DNA from: Lingula anatina
Taxonomy: Eukaryota > Animalia > Brachiopoda
NCBI GenBank assembly: GCA_051362555.1
Contig: CM120640.1
Span: forward strand, 37,095,967 to 37,159,966
Direction of reading: 5' to 3'
DNA: 64,000 bases
The translations under genes and the position numbers were made by a program. Position 1 is the first letter of the stretch; each line of letters begins with the position of its first letter. Shown piece after piece: positions 15,001-26,275 of this stretch. The notes beneath the pieces were generated by a model. That model was not told the origin of the DNA and did no database searches. It worked only from the letters and a program-made list of their open reading frames with translations.

Positions 15001-17854
15001 ATATTATACTTTTAGTGTTTGGAGAAAGTTGATTTCTTTTTGTTATTTTGGCCTGTATTTATAAATATTCAGATCTTGTGATTTACATTAATTTATGATT
15101 TTATTTTTAAAGTTAAAATTTATTCTCTGATAAAGACCAAATGAGATTCTAACTGAAAATTTTTTTATCCAGTTTGTTAATAAATGTCACTGACATTCAG
15201 CTGATTATTCATGAACTTCAGTTTTTCTATCTTGTATTGTTAAGACAAAAGACCAGTATTTAAAAACTGATCTGGAAAGCATGTTTACATTGTGGAAAAT
15301 GTGGTTTTGTGGAAGACAAGATAAAAATATTTTAAATCGTAATCAAAATCTGTTTGAGGGAGTATTCTGCACCAGTAAGTTACCATCTTTACTTCTTATG
15401 GGACAAAACGCAAATGCAAATGTTAATCATATATCAGAAAAAACTGTATTTCTCAATTTATTTGCTTTCAAAGAAAATATTGAAAAAAGTTCAAAAGCAA
15501 TGTGCATATTCTGTAGTAGGTGCAGTGATATTCAAATGCAACAACTTTATTGTGAAAGGAAAGTACCTCTCTCTTTTTCTATCATATTTACAGATGTGCT
15601 ATTCTCTCTCCTCACATAACTTTGTTACATGGTCATTACAAATGGGCACAACTGCCACAATTGGTGAACAGTTAGTTTGTCAGCAGCAATAGGATAAAAG
15701 ATGTTAAATATTGAATTGATATACATGATGCTAATGCACACTCCTGTTTGCTAGCACTTCTGCTTTTTTCAAAGAGGGAAAAAATTCAATATTAATTATT
15801 GTCGCTATTTGAAAATGAAGGCTCAAGTGCCAACATGAATTGCTGAGATATGTGCTTAAAATGCAGTTTATCAAATTTACTCAACATGTTTTGTTTTCAT
15901 AGCTAGTACAAATATGACAGAATTCAATGTTAGGAAAGTTTTAAAATTTAGCAACTGAAACCTTTATCACTGATGAGAGTCTAACCATTTTAGGCTTAAA
16001 TAGCTGAACTTGGATAGCTGACACCGTTAAGCAGTATAATGTTAAAGCATGTAATAAATGTTTGACTCTAATAAATTTAAAAGAAAACCCCAAAATAAAT
16101 CTGATTGTTTTTACCTTTTCTGACAATGACAAAAATAGACTGTATAAATATATAAACTAATTTAAGAATTACTGAAAAAAGACCAATTACAAGTGTCTTT
16201 TAGGGATTTTTTGCACTGAATGTTTTGTGAAACAGGCTCCTGAAGATTTTTGATAACCTGTCAATAGCCACAAAGTGTTTGAAAGTGTTCAAAATAGCTT
16301 TTTAGAGTAAATTTGAAATTAACCTTAGTCTGTCATAAATTCTCAGCTGTCTTTGCTTAGGCCAATCTTCAACTTAAAATTTGTAAAACAGGCCTAACAC
16401 TGGAATAGTACCTTGTATCTGTTGTCAGGGGAGTAGAAAAATTATGCCATTTTGGTAAAGTGTGTTATTTCCAGTTTATTACCTGTCATTACTATTATCT
16501 TCTAGATGGAGAACATCATTGTTGGCATCAGAGACAGTAACCTAAAGTTGACCCTTGCATTTGGCATTGGTCTGCACCATGCTGGACTGCACGAAAGAGA
16601 CCGCAAAGTGGTTGAAGAATTGTTTGTGAATCAGAAAATACAGGTTTGTCCACATGTAGAGAATTTAATGAGGCCATTAGTGTTTGTACTTAGTTTTTTT
16701 TCTTTATGGAAAAGTTGTAATGGATTGTTCTCATGTAAACATGGGCATTGAGGACATAAAGGTCAATTGTCCTCATATTTTGATAATACAAATGACTGTG
16801 ATCCTACACTCACTCATGGTTTTTGATAATAAAAGTAGATGCAATTTATTTAAAACATTTTTTGCCAATATTTTAATTGGTTTGTAAAGTCTTTGATGAT
16901 AAGTTATTTGGAACATTTTGATCATCAGTATATTTTAAATAGGTAAATCTCCATGCATGATAATCAGTATTTTTTTAAAGATTCAGTTTGAAAAAATTGT
17001 ACTTTTTTTTTCTCAGATACTGGTAGCTACTAGCACTTTGGCATGGGGTGTGAATTTCCCTGCCCATTTAGTGGTTGTGAAGGGCACAGAATACTTTGAT
17101 GGAAAAACGAGGCGATATGTGGACTTCCCCATCACTGGTTTGTTTTAAGTTTACCTCACATTGTGATCTGTCAATTTCCTACAAATTTAAAATACACAAC
17201 CTATTCTGATATTATAATTATTCTATATTTATCATGTTTGGTTAATGGTTAATGTTTGGACAATGGATTTCAGAGGATGAAACTTACTAAATGTTATCCT
17301 GTTATACATTAGAAAAAGACAACAGCATTGTTAGAGCTTCTGAATTACCTAAAATAGTGGCTTTGAAAGGTAATTTAGTAAGTACCTCATCCCACCCCTA
17401 TTTATATATTAGTTGTCGCATTACAGTTTATGATGTTCATTCTCATGCCTCATTTTTCCAGATGTGCTTCAGATGATGGGTCGAGCAGGCCGACCACAGT
17501 TTGATGACAGTGGGAAGGCTGTCATATTGGTCCATGACATCAAGAAACACTTCTACAAGAAGTTTCTGTATGAACCATTTCCTGTGGAATCAAGGTGTGC
17601 TTATTCGTTGTCCAACCTGCTATACAGTTAAATGCTTACTAGAACTCACATTATTTTTACTTAGTAGTAGTAAACAGTAGTAATTGTTGTAGCCTTTTTT
17701 TTTTAAGTTTTTTTTATATTTTTTACAGTTTGCTGGAGGTTCTGGCAGACCATCTAAATGCAGAGATAGTGGCAGGGACTATTTCATCCAAGCAAGATGC
17801 CATGGACTACATTACCTGGACTTACTTCTTCAGAAGACTGGTGATGAACCCAAG
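35..17854 (+). CDS. ASCC3: Activating signal cointegrator 1 complex subunit 3 (Ski2-like tandem helicase), internal part: end of helicase cassette 1, Sec63-1, helicase cassette 2; 5' and 3' ends lie outside the window
   Basis: 20 exons joined in one frame: 35-169, 536-727, 1286-1510, 1972-2091, 2384-2548, 3244-3330, 3697-3873, 4125-4350, 4753-5006, 5332-5500, 5905-6125, 6410-6495, 7309-7475, 8022-8167, 8844-8964, 10705-10847, 16506-16643, 17017-17137, 17462-17594, 17729-17854 (3152 nt). Motifs: [29 protein letters not shown]; second cassette [58 protein letters not shown] and [13 protein letters not shown] resemble ASCC3 rather than SNRNP200/Brr2 (recalled similarity, no search run). Confidence 0.95.
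2610..2900 (+). mobile_element. Degenerate pogo/Tigger-like (DDE_1) transposase fragment in an ASCC3 intron
   Basis: The + frame reads [19 protein letters not shown]...[27 protein letters not shown]. This resembles the pogo-family QPLDxxxNxPFKxxLRxxW...WxxxSxETIxxSFKxxGI segment, with the catalytic D as TAT (one change from GAT) and in-frame stops. GC is higher than in the flanking intron. Confidence 0.55.
4351..4752 (+). other. Non-canonical GC-AG intron of ASCC3
   Basis: ATT G|gcatgt ... ttccag|GT ATT gives SKEIGILIHH in frame. The nearby GT at 4355 would shift the frame with this acceptor. Confidence 0.8.
5905..7475 (+). CDS. ASCC3: ASCC3 exons encoding the second RecA-like cassette Walker A and DExH box (5905-6125, 6410-6495, 7309-7475)
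   Basis: FNPVQTQ (Q motif), [32 protein letters not shown] with canonical GT-AG borders. Confidence 0.93.
6571..6979 (-). mobile_element. 5'-truncated RTE-clade non-LTR retrotransposon (LINE) 3' end
   Basis: [12 protein letters not shown]...[16 protein letters not shown]...[14 protein letters not shown] is typical of the RTE-like ORF2 C-terminus. A (TGA)n tail starts at the stop codon, seen as (CAT)n at 6571-6591 on +. The element is flanked by the direct repeat CATATTTCATT at 6560-6570 and 6980-6990. Confidence 0.88.
8416..8475. repeat. Short (T6-8AGTA)n tandem repeat
   Basis: About 5 copies of tttttttagta. Confidence 0.7.
11065..11073 (+). promoter_or_regulatory. TATA-like element upstream of the nested GT92 ORF
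   Basis: TATATAAAA about 150 bp upstream of ATG 11222. It sits in AT-rich sequence, so the evidence is weak. Confidence 0.3.
11222..12910 (+). CDS. Nested single-exon glycosyltransferase family 92 (DUF23; GALT-1-like beta-1,4-galactosyltransferase), type II Golgi membrane protein, 562 aa
   Basis: Intact 1689-nt ORF. Short basic N-terminus plus TM ([18 protein letters not shown]), then a stem. GT92-like motifs: [50 protein letters not shown] (DxD), KCLVHP..GIHH, HHYR. Lies wholly within ASCC3 intron 10848-16505. Confidence 0.88.
   Translation: MGLRRSVGRPKFIINFSSFLFTLLLVYLLMVTTFVLESVLQAPQSSSRLAQTMEELEELLRNSTKTERKFDRLPDVISKELDIKMNLATLQQSVSVGLHNGELDQKRREKLTEWKNVIMKKTANVQGKDLTQQATFSSFHQRDKSHKNPKMTTLVNKCPEIETDFHEFDIGELQPGVAQIFDKAKKDFKIRSPLKLTIHAYSAYLDHRKLETVGKIHIRIFLLQPRNMKKKLSFFCEISTEKGTFTAPGTFYEMSENHGRLFGVFILNCEFSKQVLDLQPCNVSVVSKVDGNRTKTHVTMPLRYVFPVPRQLDFAVCLPPVFGNIQPNVFVEFFELSKILGAQHFYVYDFTSSESVHKVFDYYKRQGELTVLKWSLPTKAGSLTWYKGQSLAINDCMYRAMGKVKTLAVNDLDEFIIPRDGSTWYDLLEGISTPKSCGYCFEMSFFSPNKETVLPDTMLSQTVLERSNMTCGFRRKCLVHPEKVYEKGIHHISKQIEEDYIPVAVNSSLALVHHYRACKKFRKFQCRNTTTDETALKYKMDLERNFHSTLYEIGLKNSSPLH
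13010..13085 (+). repeat. Degraded duplicate of the last ~70 nt of the GT92 ORF
   Basis: tagtactttgtatgaaaaataggattgagaaactcaa resembles tagtaccttgtatgaaataggattgaaaaactcaa at 12862-12896. Confidence 0.75.
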
Positions 17855-18886
17855 GTGAGTAAGAATATACTCAGATACCCTCATGTTCTTTTATGATGAA
17901 ATTTTGAAATGTTTACAGGATATTCTTAATACACCCATCCCGGGATAGAAATGCTTTTTTTTTGTTTTTTTTTTTTTGGTATCCAAAGGTCTGTGTTAAC
18001 AACCTTTTGTTTTAGAAATGTAACATTATGAATTAAAATAAAAATCCAAAAATCATGATCTTACATGACGGTGCAATTCCAAATATTCATGAAACATAGC
18101 TACAAATATAGTATTCAATTTAAAAAAAAAGTTTTTCATAACCTTGTTTGAGCCCAAATGTCCAGTACTATTAACCAAGTACTTACACTCATGTTAAAGG
18201 TTTAAAATCTAGGCTTCATTTATTTGGGAATTATTTTTTTATGGTATTAAGAATGCATCAGTAATACAAATTAAGTAACTAGTGTCTTATGAATAGAAAA
18301 ACCACTTAAGTCAGGTTGAGGTGAGGTTTATTCCTGTGTTCCTTTTATGAAGGTCCTTGATTTTTGATCTGCTTATACTGGCATATTCATTTATCTTTTT
18401 ATTGTAAAATATTAAGTAAATTATACATAATTTATTGGAGCTCTTTACTCTACATGACTGACTTCACCCCCCCCCCCCTGAAAAAATGTAATTGAACTAT
18501 GAAAAGCTATTTACAAGTAAAATAAGGGTAAGATTAGTATTTAAGCAGAAATGTTGCTACTAAGTTATAATATTCTTTCTTTGCCTCAGATTTTCTACCC
18601 TCTATATCACCACCAGTTGTAGTTTTAAAATATTAATTTTTTTGCCTGCAGTTTTGTTTCCATTAACTATATCACTGTCAAGGTACATAGAACTTCAGTC
18701 TTTGTATAAAAACAAGTACAATCTAAAGAAAGCAGAACATTGGATATAGTAGCTACTTAACATATCATTAATTATGAAATATTTGATTGAATTACAATTA
18801 GATATACACATTTATGATAAAGATTATTTTTATATTAAAAGATGACATAGTAAATGGGCATATTTTTTTAATAGTCATGAAATAAT

Positions 18887-21803
18887 TTATACTAATATTG
18901 ACTGTGTTTGGCTGCTGTCCTCATCATCATTTAAATTTAGAGAACTTAAACTTCGATGTGAGAGCCTCTCTTTCAGCTCATTCTGGAGCAGTTCTCCGAA
19001 GCCCACTGCATCTCTGGGCAACCTGTGGCGTTTCCTTTCTGCTGTCTTTGGTCTATATTGTGTGGCCATTCCATTTTCTGGTGGTATATAATCATGCGTA
19101 GAGGTATCTGAATCTGAAAGATACCCTGATGGAGGTGGAATTGTTATAGGTTCGTAAAAAGGGGCTGGAGCAGAGTTGTCTATGTGTGAATCGTATGGTG
19201 GTATCGTACCTGTAGCTTCAGCCTCCGGATAATTATAAACACTTGCATCTAGACAAATGGCAGAATTGTCGTCTGAGAAGATGGCACCATTACCCTCTCC
19301 ATACATCCTTTGCTGGGTGTCAAAGCCATGTTGTTCTGGCATTACATAGTTGTATGGATGATGTTGTTGTTGTTGTGGGTTCACTTCTTGTGGATCCCTT
19401 TGGTCTGTACTTTCCTGATGGACAAACTGTTGGTCGTAGTTGTCACAAGTACTGTATATGTCTTGATTCTGCTGATTGGTTGGATACTGCTCTGTGAAGG
19501 AAGGAGGGGTGTCCTCAAGGACTGGTGTTAACGGTGGATGTCCTAGGTTTGGGCTGTTATTTAGAATTTTGGCAAGTTGGATGACTGGAGGGGTAGGTGG
19601 CGCTCGCCTCTTTTTAGGGCTAGGTTGTTGTTTTGGCTGGCTAGAGATTTCATCCATCTGCCCATACTGGACCTCATCTATATCTTCTACAATCACTCTG
19701 GGTGGCGGGGGAGGGGGTTTGCGTTTAGTTCTGATAGTTTTGGTACCACATTCAGGATCAGAGTAACCTTGTGTGGTTGTTACACAGCTGGCAGATTCAG
19801 AAGGGTGAGGTGCTGTAGGAGGTGGAGGAGGTGGTGCCTTGCTCTTACCTTTCTTTGTTTTGGTGAATTTCTTTGGTTGCTTCTTCACTGTTTCTGTTCT
19901 GAATGTGTGCAAAGCGCCAAGGGTGTTGTTGTGAGGATCAAAGTTTGTTGCCATCGTTTTGTAGTTTTCTGATTCTTCGGAAGAGGGAAATCGGATTGGA
20001 ATGCCACCTTCCTTATCAAGCTCTTCCAGGTCAGAATGGTCTATATCAGACAATTGGGGGTGCTTGGATGCTCTTCCTTTGGTACTGTCTCTGTCTGAAT
20101 CAGGGGAAGTTGAGTCATATGGCTCATAGGCTCCAAATTCAGATGCTGGCACACCTGTGTTTAAAAGGAAAAACAATTGGCTTTATGAAAATGCATAATA
20201 GGTAATTGCATATAAACAGGTTTTGGATTATTTCATATTTTGAAATATAGTTAATTTGGTGATTGTTGTTATTGTGTAATTGTTGATGCTTAAAACCATG
20301 TTTAATTATTTTTCCTATCTGCAAAGGGTACCTCTGCATCTTTCTTTTATAAATGTTGGCCATGTTTCATAAGTAGATTACAGTTACATTTTAGTAAATT
20401 ATCTGGCAAAAATAACATTTCTAATTTCCAACTCAGAAAACTTAATGATGTTATATATCAATGTCTTAAACAAAATAAATAAAATAATAAGTGCATATTT
20501 CTGCCATTTATTCCCTACATGGGACTTGTTTATCATTATATAAATTATTGTTACAGTGTATGTTATTTCATATGTAGTTTGTGTAATATCTTCAAAATAT
20601 TATTTCTTAAACTACACTTATTTGTATATTGAGAACCAAGTTTTTCCTTCGGGTTTATTTGTTTACCAAAACTTGACTTTTGAAAGTCATGGCAAGTAAA
20701 AATGAAAGAACATACCTGGATAGTTGCTTGAGAGAGTTCCACACATGTAGTGAGTTCCACCATACTCACTTTGGCAGTCATGAAAGCGTGGATCTTTAAG
20801 TGGATTAACTTCATCTTCATCAGACTGACAGTCAGTGTCCCCTTCAGGACCCTTGAAGTATTTCCTCTCTAGTGTTGACATGTTACCTGTTGTTTTCTGT
20901 GATGCCCAAACAGACACATCTGTGTCAGCCATTTTATTAGCTTTCTTTTGTCTTTTTAAAGTGCTCTTGCTCAGGATAGACTGTTTATTAGTTGGACTCT
21001 CCATACCTGCAGTTTTCATGGTACCATAACCAAGGGTGGTGCTGAGTGCTGACTTTGGGATTGTATTGACTGGAGCCTCTGTTTGTGTTGAGGCTGCCTT
21101 GTCCATTGTAGTGGTTGCGTCTTTGGACTCCGGTCGAGTCTGGGTGCCAGTGTCCATACTTAGAACTTCATCCATATCACCTTCATGGTGACCGTTTGAT
21201 GACCTAGCGGTATCATCTCTGAAGCACACAGAAGTCATGGTTGTAAAACCAGATGAATCACTCCGTGCTCTTGGTGAGGTTCTCTGGGGATAGGGTGTCA
21301 TTGGGATGCCATCTTGGTGTTGTTTACTCTGAGTGCTATTTGGAGTTTCTCGAGGCTGGGTTTGAATGGTACTGAATGCTGGGTTTTGCTTAGGATAATT
21401 CTGGCGTTTTCTAAAAAAGAATGATATAACATACCTGTTGATTTTATAAAGAAATTCTTGAATGATTTTCAAATGTAAAAAAATATCAAATCTGCAACTT
21501 GTATTTAGTAACATTCAAGATGAGAAATCCAGATTGCATGGGAACAGGCTTTTTTATTTAGATATTTTTACTATTATAATTATTAATTTTTTTTTTTACT
21601 AAATCCAAATTTGAGAATTAATTATTGGGATAAGCTTGATTTATGCTTAAACTGATTTAACTCACCTTTTATAATACAACAGAAGAATAAGTAATGTCAT
21701 GAATACCAACCAGAGAACTATAGCCAACACTATTAAGACTGAAAGAAAAAATTTGGTCTTTTTTTATCTTTTGTTCCCTTTACCTTATCAGAAAAACAAA
21801 AAA

Positions 21804-21834
<31 letters not shown>

Positions 21835-24800
21835 AAACTAAAATTTGCCAGTGTTAAGCTACTTATGGAAATATTTGGTATGGAATATAAACTTAAGTAA
21901 CATTTTGAATGTTGGTGTTCCTAAGTTTAATCCCACTTTCCAAACTTAAAATTATTTTACTTCACGTTAAAAACAAGGAGGTATACAACACAGTGAGCAA
22001 AAGAATGTTCCTTACCCCACATAGTAGTTTCATCTTGGGTTTTCTTTGCTTGTGCTTTCTGAAGTTTTTTCTGGCCAGCAGTTTCACCAGCTTCGATTGG
22101 TGGGGCATCAATAGAGTCTTCAAATGGCTGATACTTGTTGCTATTAAAATTTGTGGTATCCAATTCATCACTGGGGTTTGCCTTTGCATGATCATGGAGG
22201 CCGCTGTGTGGCTCTGGCCAGTGGAGATAGGACAGCTCCTCCTCTGTCAAATGGTCAAATCCAATATGCTCTTTGTTCTCCTTTTTAGGGGGTGGTGCAT
22301 ATTCTGGGAGAAGTTGCCATGGAAGCCAGAGTGTAGTGGCCTTTGGTGGTAGTTTTTCAGTTGAGGTTTCTCGTGGTTGTGTCCCAGCTGTAGACACTGT
22401 TGTTGTTGTGGTAGTTGAGGTTGTGCTGGCTGATAAAGTGGATTCTGACGTTGTAGTCGTGCCTTGTTCGTTATTGTCAATTTTTGGTCGATGCCATTGT
22501 ATCACCACATTGTCAACTGGAAGAGGCAAGGTCACCATTGGTGGGGTGGTCTTTTTTCGATCTCGTTTCCTCGTTGGACGTAAAGATGGTAGAGTGATGT
22601 CCAGCCAGGGAGCGTGGTGCCAAGGAGTGGTCTCAGTTACAATGAAGGAGTGTTCTTTGTTCAGGTATTCCAGCCACAAAGAGCGCACTGCCTCAGTAGT
22701 GGTGGATGGTGAAGGGAGGACTGGTATGGTGTGCAGCATGTCCTTAGTTTCATCTTGATTTCTTGGCACTTGTTGCCTTTGTGGCTGGTTCAGCTGTGGT
22801 AGAAGTGATTTAGGATATGGATCTGGTAGTGGTGGTGCTATGGGAAGAGCTGGTTTTGGTGTTGATATAGTTACTTCCATGGTGACACTGTATGGGAGGT
22901 CTGTAGTAGGAGTGGGTGGAGGAGTTGTTTTTTGGTAAATAAAGAAATCAAATATATTTCTATTGAGGCTAGATGGATGCTGTGAGAACTCTGTTGTAGT
23001 GGAAGGTCTAGCAGTTCTTTTATGGTTGACATAGAAATCAAATATATTTCTCTTGACACTTGATGGATGTTGTACTGAACCGTGTGGTGGTTCTAGTATA
23101 AGGGTTGGCAGGGTCTTTCTTGGTTCCTTGTCTACTGCAGCTGGTGCAGTGGCTGTTGGTTCTTTTAAAAGCAGAGTTTCATGAGGGTTCGTGGGTCTGA
23201 GAGGTGATGTCATTTTAACTTTGGATGTGGTAGTTTCCTTTGCAAATGCTGATGGTACAGTTGAGTCTTGGTATATTGAAGATGTGAGTGGCAAAGAACT
23301 ATATGGATTTTTTTCTTGTTGTTTTCTCCTATTACCCAGTGTTACCTGTTTTGCCTTTGGCAGGAGGTTGTTGATACCTGTTGTGCCGAAAACTTTTGTA
23401 CTTGAAGCATGAGTGTTTTGTGGTGTTGTCTGTATTTTAGGTGTTGTGGTTGTAACTGGTGTTGTCAAAGATGTCAACCATAGAGTTGTGGCTTTTGCGG
23501 GAACAGAGATTTTGCTTGTTGTTGTGTCTTCTTTGGTGGTTCTCTTTTCCCCTGCTGTCTTACTATGTGATGTTGCTATAACAAGTGTCTGTGTCGCTGG
23601 TGTTTCGCTAGTAGGTAAGGTTTCTGGCAGTGCAGGTGTCTCTCCAAGCATTATATCCAACTCGGCATCAGGTAGACTCAGTGCATTAATGGAAAACTTT
23701 TTCTGACTGTTCTTTGGCTTCTCAGCAGGGAGATCTAGGACTAAACGAGGCCTGACTGTTGTGGTGTACATGGTTTCTAATACAGCAGAGGTGGGCATTC
23801 TAGTGCTAGTGGGCAGTAGTTTTGGTGTAGAAGATTTTTTGTATTCATCATTTCCTATATGTCTGAACTTAGGATGTGTAGGTGGGGCAATGTGTGCTGC
23901 ATTTATTGAAGTACTCATTTGTACTGTGTTTAAAACAGCAGGTGATGCCTCTGTTGTCTGTGTGTGCTTAGTGACTGCCTCTGATGTTTGCGTAGTCTTC
24001 ATAGTTGTTGGGTAATGGCCGACCACAAGGTCAAGTGATAAGCTTGAATCTGGTAAAGCTTGGTCTAATATTAAGAGACCAGCAGCAGGTGTTGTTGAAG
24101 ATGTTGTAGGGGGCACAGTGGTTGTAAAGCTAATTATTTTTAAGTTGGCTACAGTTGATAAGGTAGTTGTAGCGGGAGGTACACTTGATGTTTTAGACTT
24201 GGTCTTTGTACTGGAGATAGTTTTAGTTGCCTTTGTGGGCTGTGAGGTCTGTTCCCCATCTTCCCATTTAAGCCATTGACTCTTTTTTGACTTTTTTTCA
24301 GATTTATTGGAAATTATTCCTAGGGTGACAGTTGGAGTGGTTGATCCTGTGATGTTTCTTGTAGTTGTAGTGTTAGTGGTTGCACTTTTGGAAGTAGTAA
24401 TTGCTTTCATGTTGTTTGTATTATTAGCTGACATTGCATTGGTAGTAAATGGTTGCACTGTTGATGTGACAGTGGCTTCTGGGTTTTCTATAAGTAGCTC
24501 TGGAATAAACAGGCTTTCTGTGTGTTCTATATTTATTTCTGGTGTGGTGGAGTTGGGGGATAATGTGGTGGTGACAGGCTCATTTTGTAATGCCCAGCTA
24601 CAACGAACCATCAAAGATTTGGAGCGGATAGCTGAAAGAAAGATAGCAAATTTTTTATCTGCGCTCACTGAAATACAAATCTTTGTTGTGGCCTTATTGT
24701 AAGATGACAGAAAAATCAAATAATGGTGGTGATTAAAATATGTTGGTCTTCTACCATTTTCATTTACCATCAGAAAGCATTGTATGTCAATTAAAAAAAA

Positions 24801-26275
24801 GTACTAATAATAATAATAATTATAGAACAACAAATACCTTCATAGCTAATCCAGAATCCTTTTAAACTCTCTTCCTTATCTGTATGAAACACTAATTGGA
24901 TTGTTTCTCCTGTGAATGTTCTTTTATTGGGTATGTACCCACAAAGTCTCCTTCTTCTGTCTCCTATGATAAATTCAAGCCAATCGCTACAAGGGTAGCT
25001 GTACTTTACCAGGAAAAACACGGTTTCCACTTTGACCATGCCACCAGGGGGAGCTGTGAAGGAGCATGTGCAGTTCTGATTTGGTGGATATATGTTGTTT
25101 GGGAACAAGGGGCTAGTGATGTAACCACTGCTGCTTTCAAATTTGTCTTCTATGCAGATGTTCATTAGGTCAACAGCTGAAAAATGTGGATCTCTGATTA
25201 AATGTTAATACTAACCATTTAGAGAAGATAAAGTGTTATATGTGTATCATTGCTTCAGGCAAAATAGCATGACTCTAATTCAAGAAAAAATTGTAAAAGT
25301 AGTGTTTTCCATATTTTGTATGGTATGTTGCTTGTTGGACTGTTTGGGAAAGTTGGAATATTTTCACTGTTAAATGGCAATATATTCAGATAAGAACATG
25401 CATTAATAAATCTATTATTTAGGAGATAACACCTGCAGGTTCATTTAGTGCTTCATGATACAGGGAGTTTAGTGTTAAAATCAAGGTCTCTTGATATAGG
25501 GAGTTTAATGTTAAAATCAAGGTCTTTAGATACAAAATCTTGACTTAATTTGTACTGCTATCTATATATATAAAAGGCAAGACAGCTCTGGGTTAATCAT
25601 TAATACATTGCCAACTCTTCTAGACTATTTACCCCATGTCTCTCATGTCCCATGCTTTCCTGATTAACCTTCTTTTGCTATAAATTGTATATAGCAAAGA
25701 GGATGTGGGTGCCAAGTTGAGTCCCAAGGAAAATGCCTGGGCCAGTTTGAGTCAATTATAATCAATTGAGACTTATGCTTTACCACAACCAATGTATACA
25801 GGTCAAGTTATTATAGTCTAACTGCTATATGTTGTATTTTCTTTTCTTTTTTTTTTTGTTAAATAATATAATGTTGAAATCATTTTTTGAACAGCAGATA
25901 TGGAACAGGTTGTTCATTGTAAACAAATACGTTAAATAGTAAAGGTAATAATTATTTGAATTTTTTTCTTACCTGGTATACATTCATATTCCACCTGCAC
26001 ATAGTTGCTGTACACATTCCAGCACTTAATTCCTGTGTCACTGATATATTCACTCTCAACCTGAACAAAATCACACTTGCGTTTGCCCCCACATCTCCAG
26101 TTGATCTTCCCATAGGGTTTAATACAGTCTCCTTCGCTATAACTGCAATGGCCCTGTGGGTTCAGTCCCAGAATTTCTGACTTGATTTGAATCATGAAGC
26201 CATAGTTGCACTCAATGTTGATGAATTGTCCATAACAGCCAAAAATGGTGAATTTTGATGATTCCTTACTGTTGT
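18887..26275 (-). CDS. Nested receptor paralog A: SUEL-like lectin + CUB + 872-aa mucin stalk + TM + ~650-aa Pro-rich cytoplasmic tail (about 1,790 aa; N-terminal exon uncertain)
   Basis: Exons (-): 26275-25973 lectin-like (GCYGQFINIEC...CGGKRKC...YSNYVQVEYECIP); 25176-24838 CUB (GYITSPLFP...CTC...CSDWL...LCG...FHTD...KGFWISYE); 24631-22016 Thr/Ser/Pro-rich stalk; 21738-21666 TM (VLIVLAIVLWLVFMTLLILLLYY-KRKR); 21410-20716; 20154-18887 (stop). All GT-AG, frame continuous. The start may be the in-frame ATG at 26390 or an unidentified upstream exon. Confidence 0.85.
21801..21835. repeat. (AAAT)n microsatellite
   Basis: Directly visible. Confidence 0.85.
22016..24631 (-). CDS. Paralog A mucin-like stalk exon (2616 nt, phase 1-1)
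   Basis: Open Thr/Ser/Pro-rich frame between acceptor ttctttcag and donor G|gtaagg. Confidence 0.85.
25463..25533. repeat. 36-bp tandem duplication in a paralog A intron
   Basis: gggagtttagtgttaaaatcaaggtct... occurs twice in tandem. Confidence 0.8.

Noticed and set aside
35-17854. Calling the helicase SNRNP200/Brr2
   Set aside because: It is the same family, but second-cassette segments ([31 protein letters not shown]) fit ASCC3 better
18898-24702. Many + strand ORFs rich in Val/Gly
   Set aside because: Antisense shadows of the Thr/Pro-rich exons of paralog A
25808-25850. aag|T TAT TAT as the next ASCC3 exon (S-Y-Y)
   Set aside because: Weak acceptor, and the continuation (SLTAICCIFF) is intron-like with no ASCC3 resemblance
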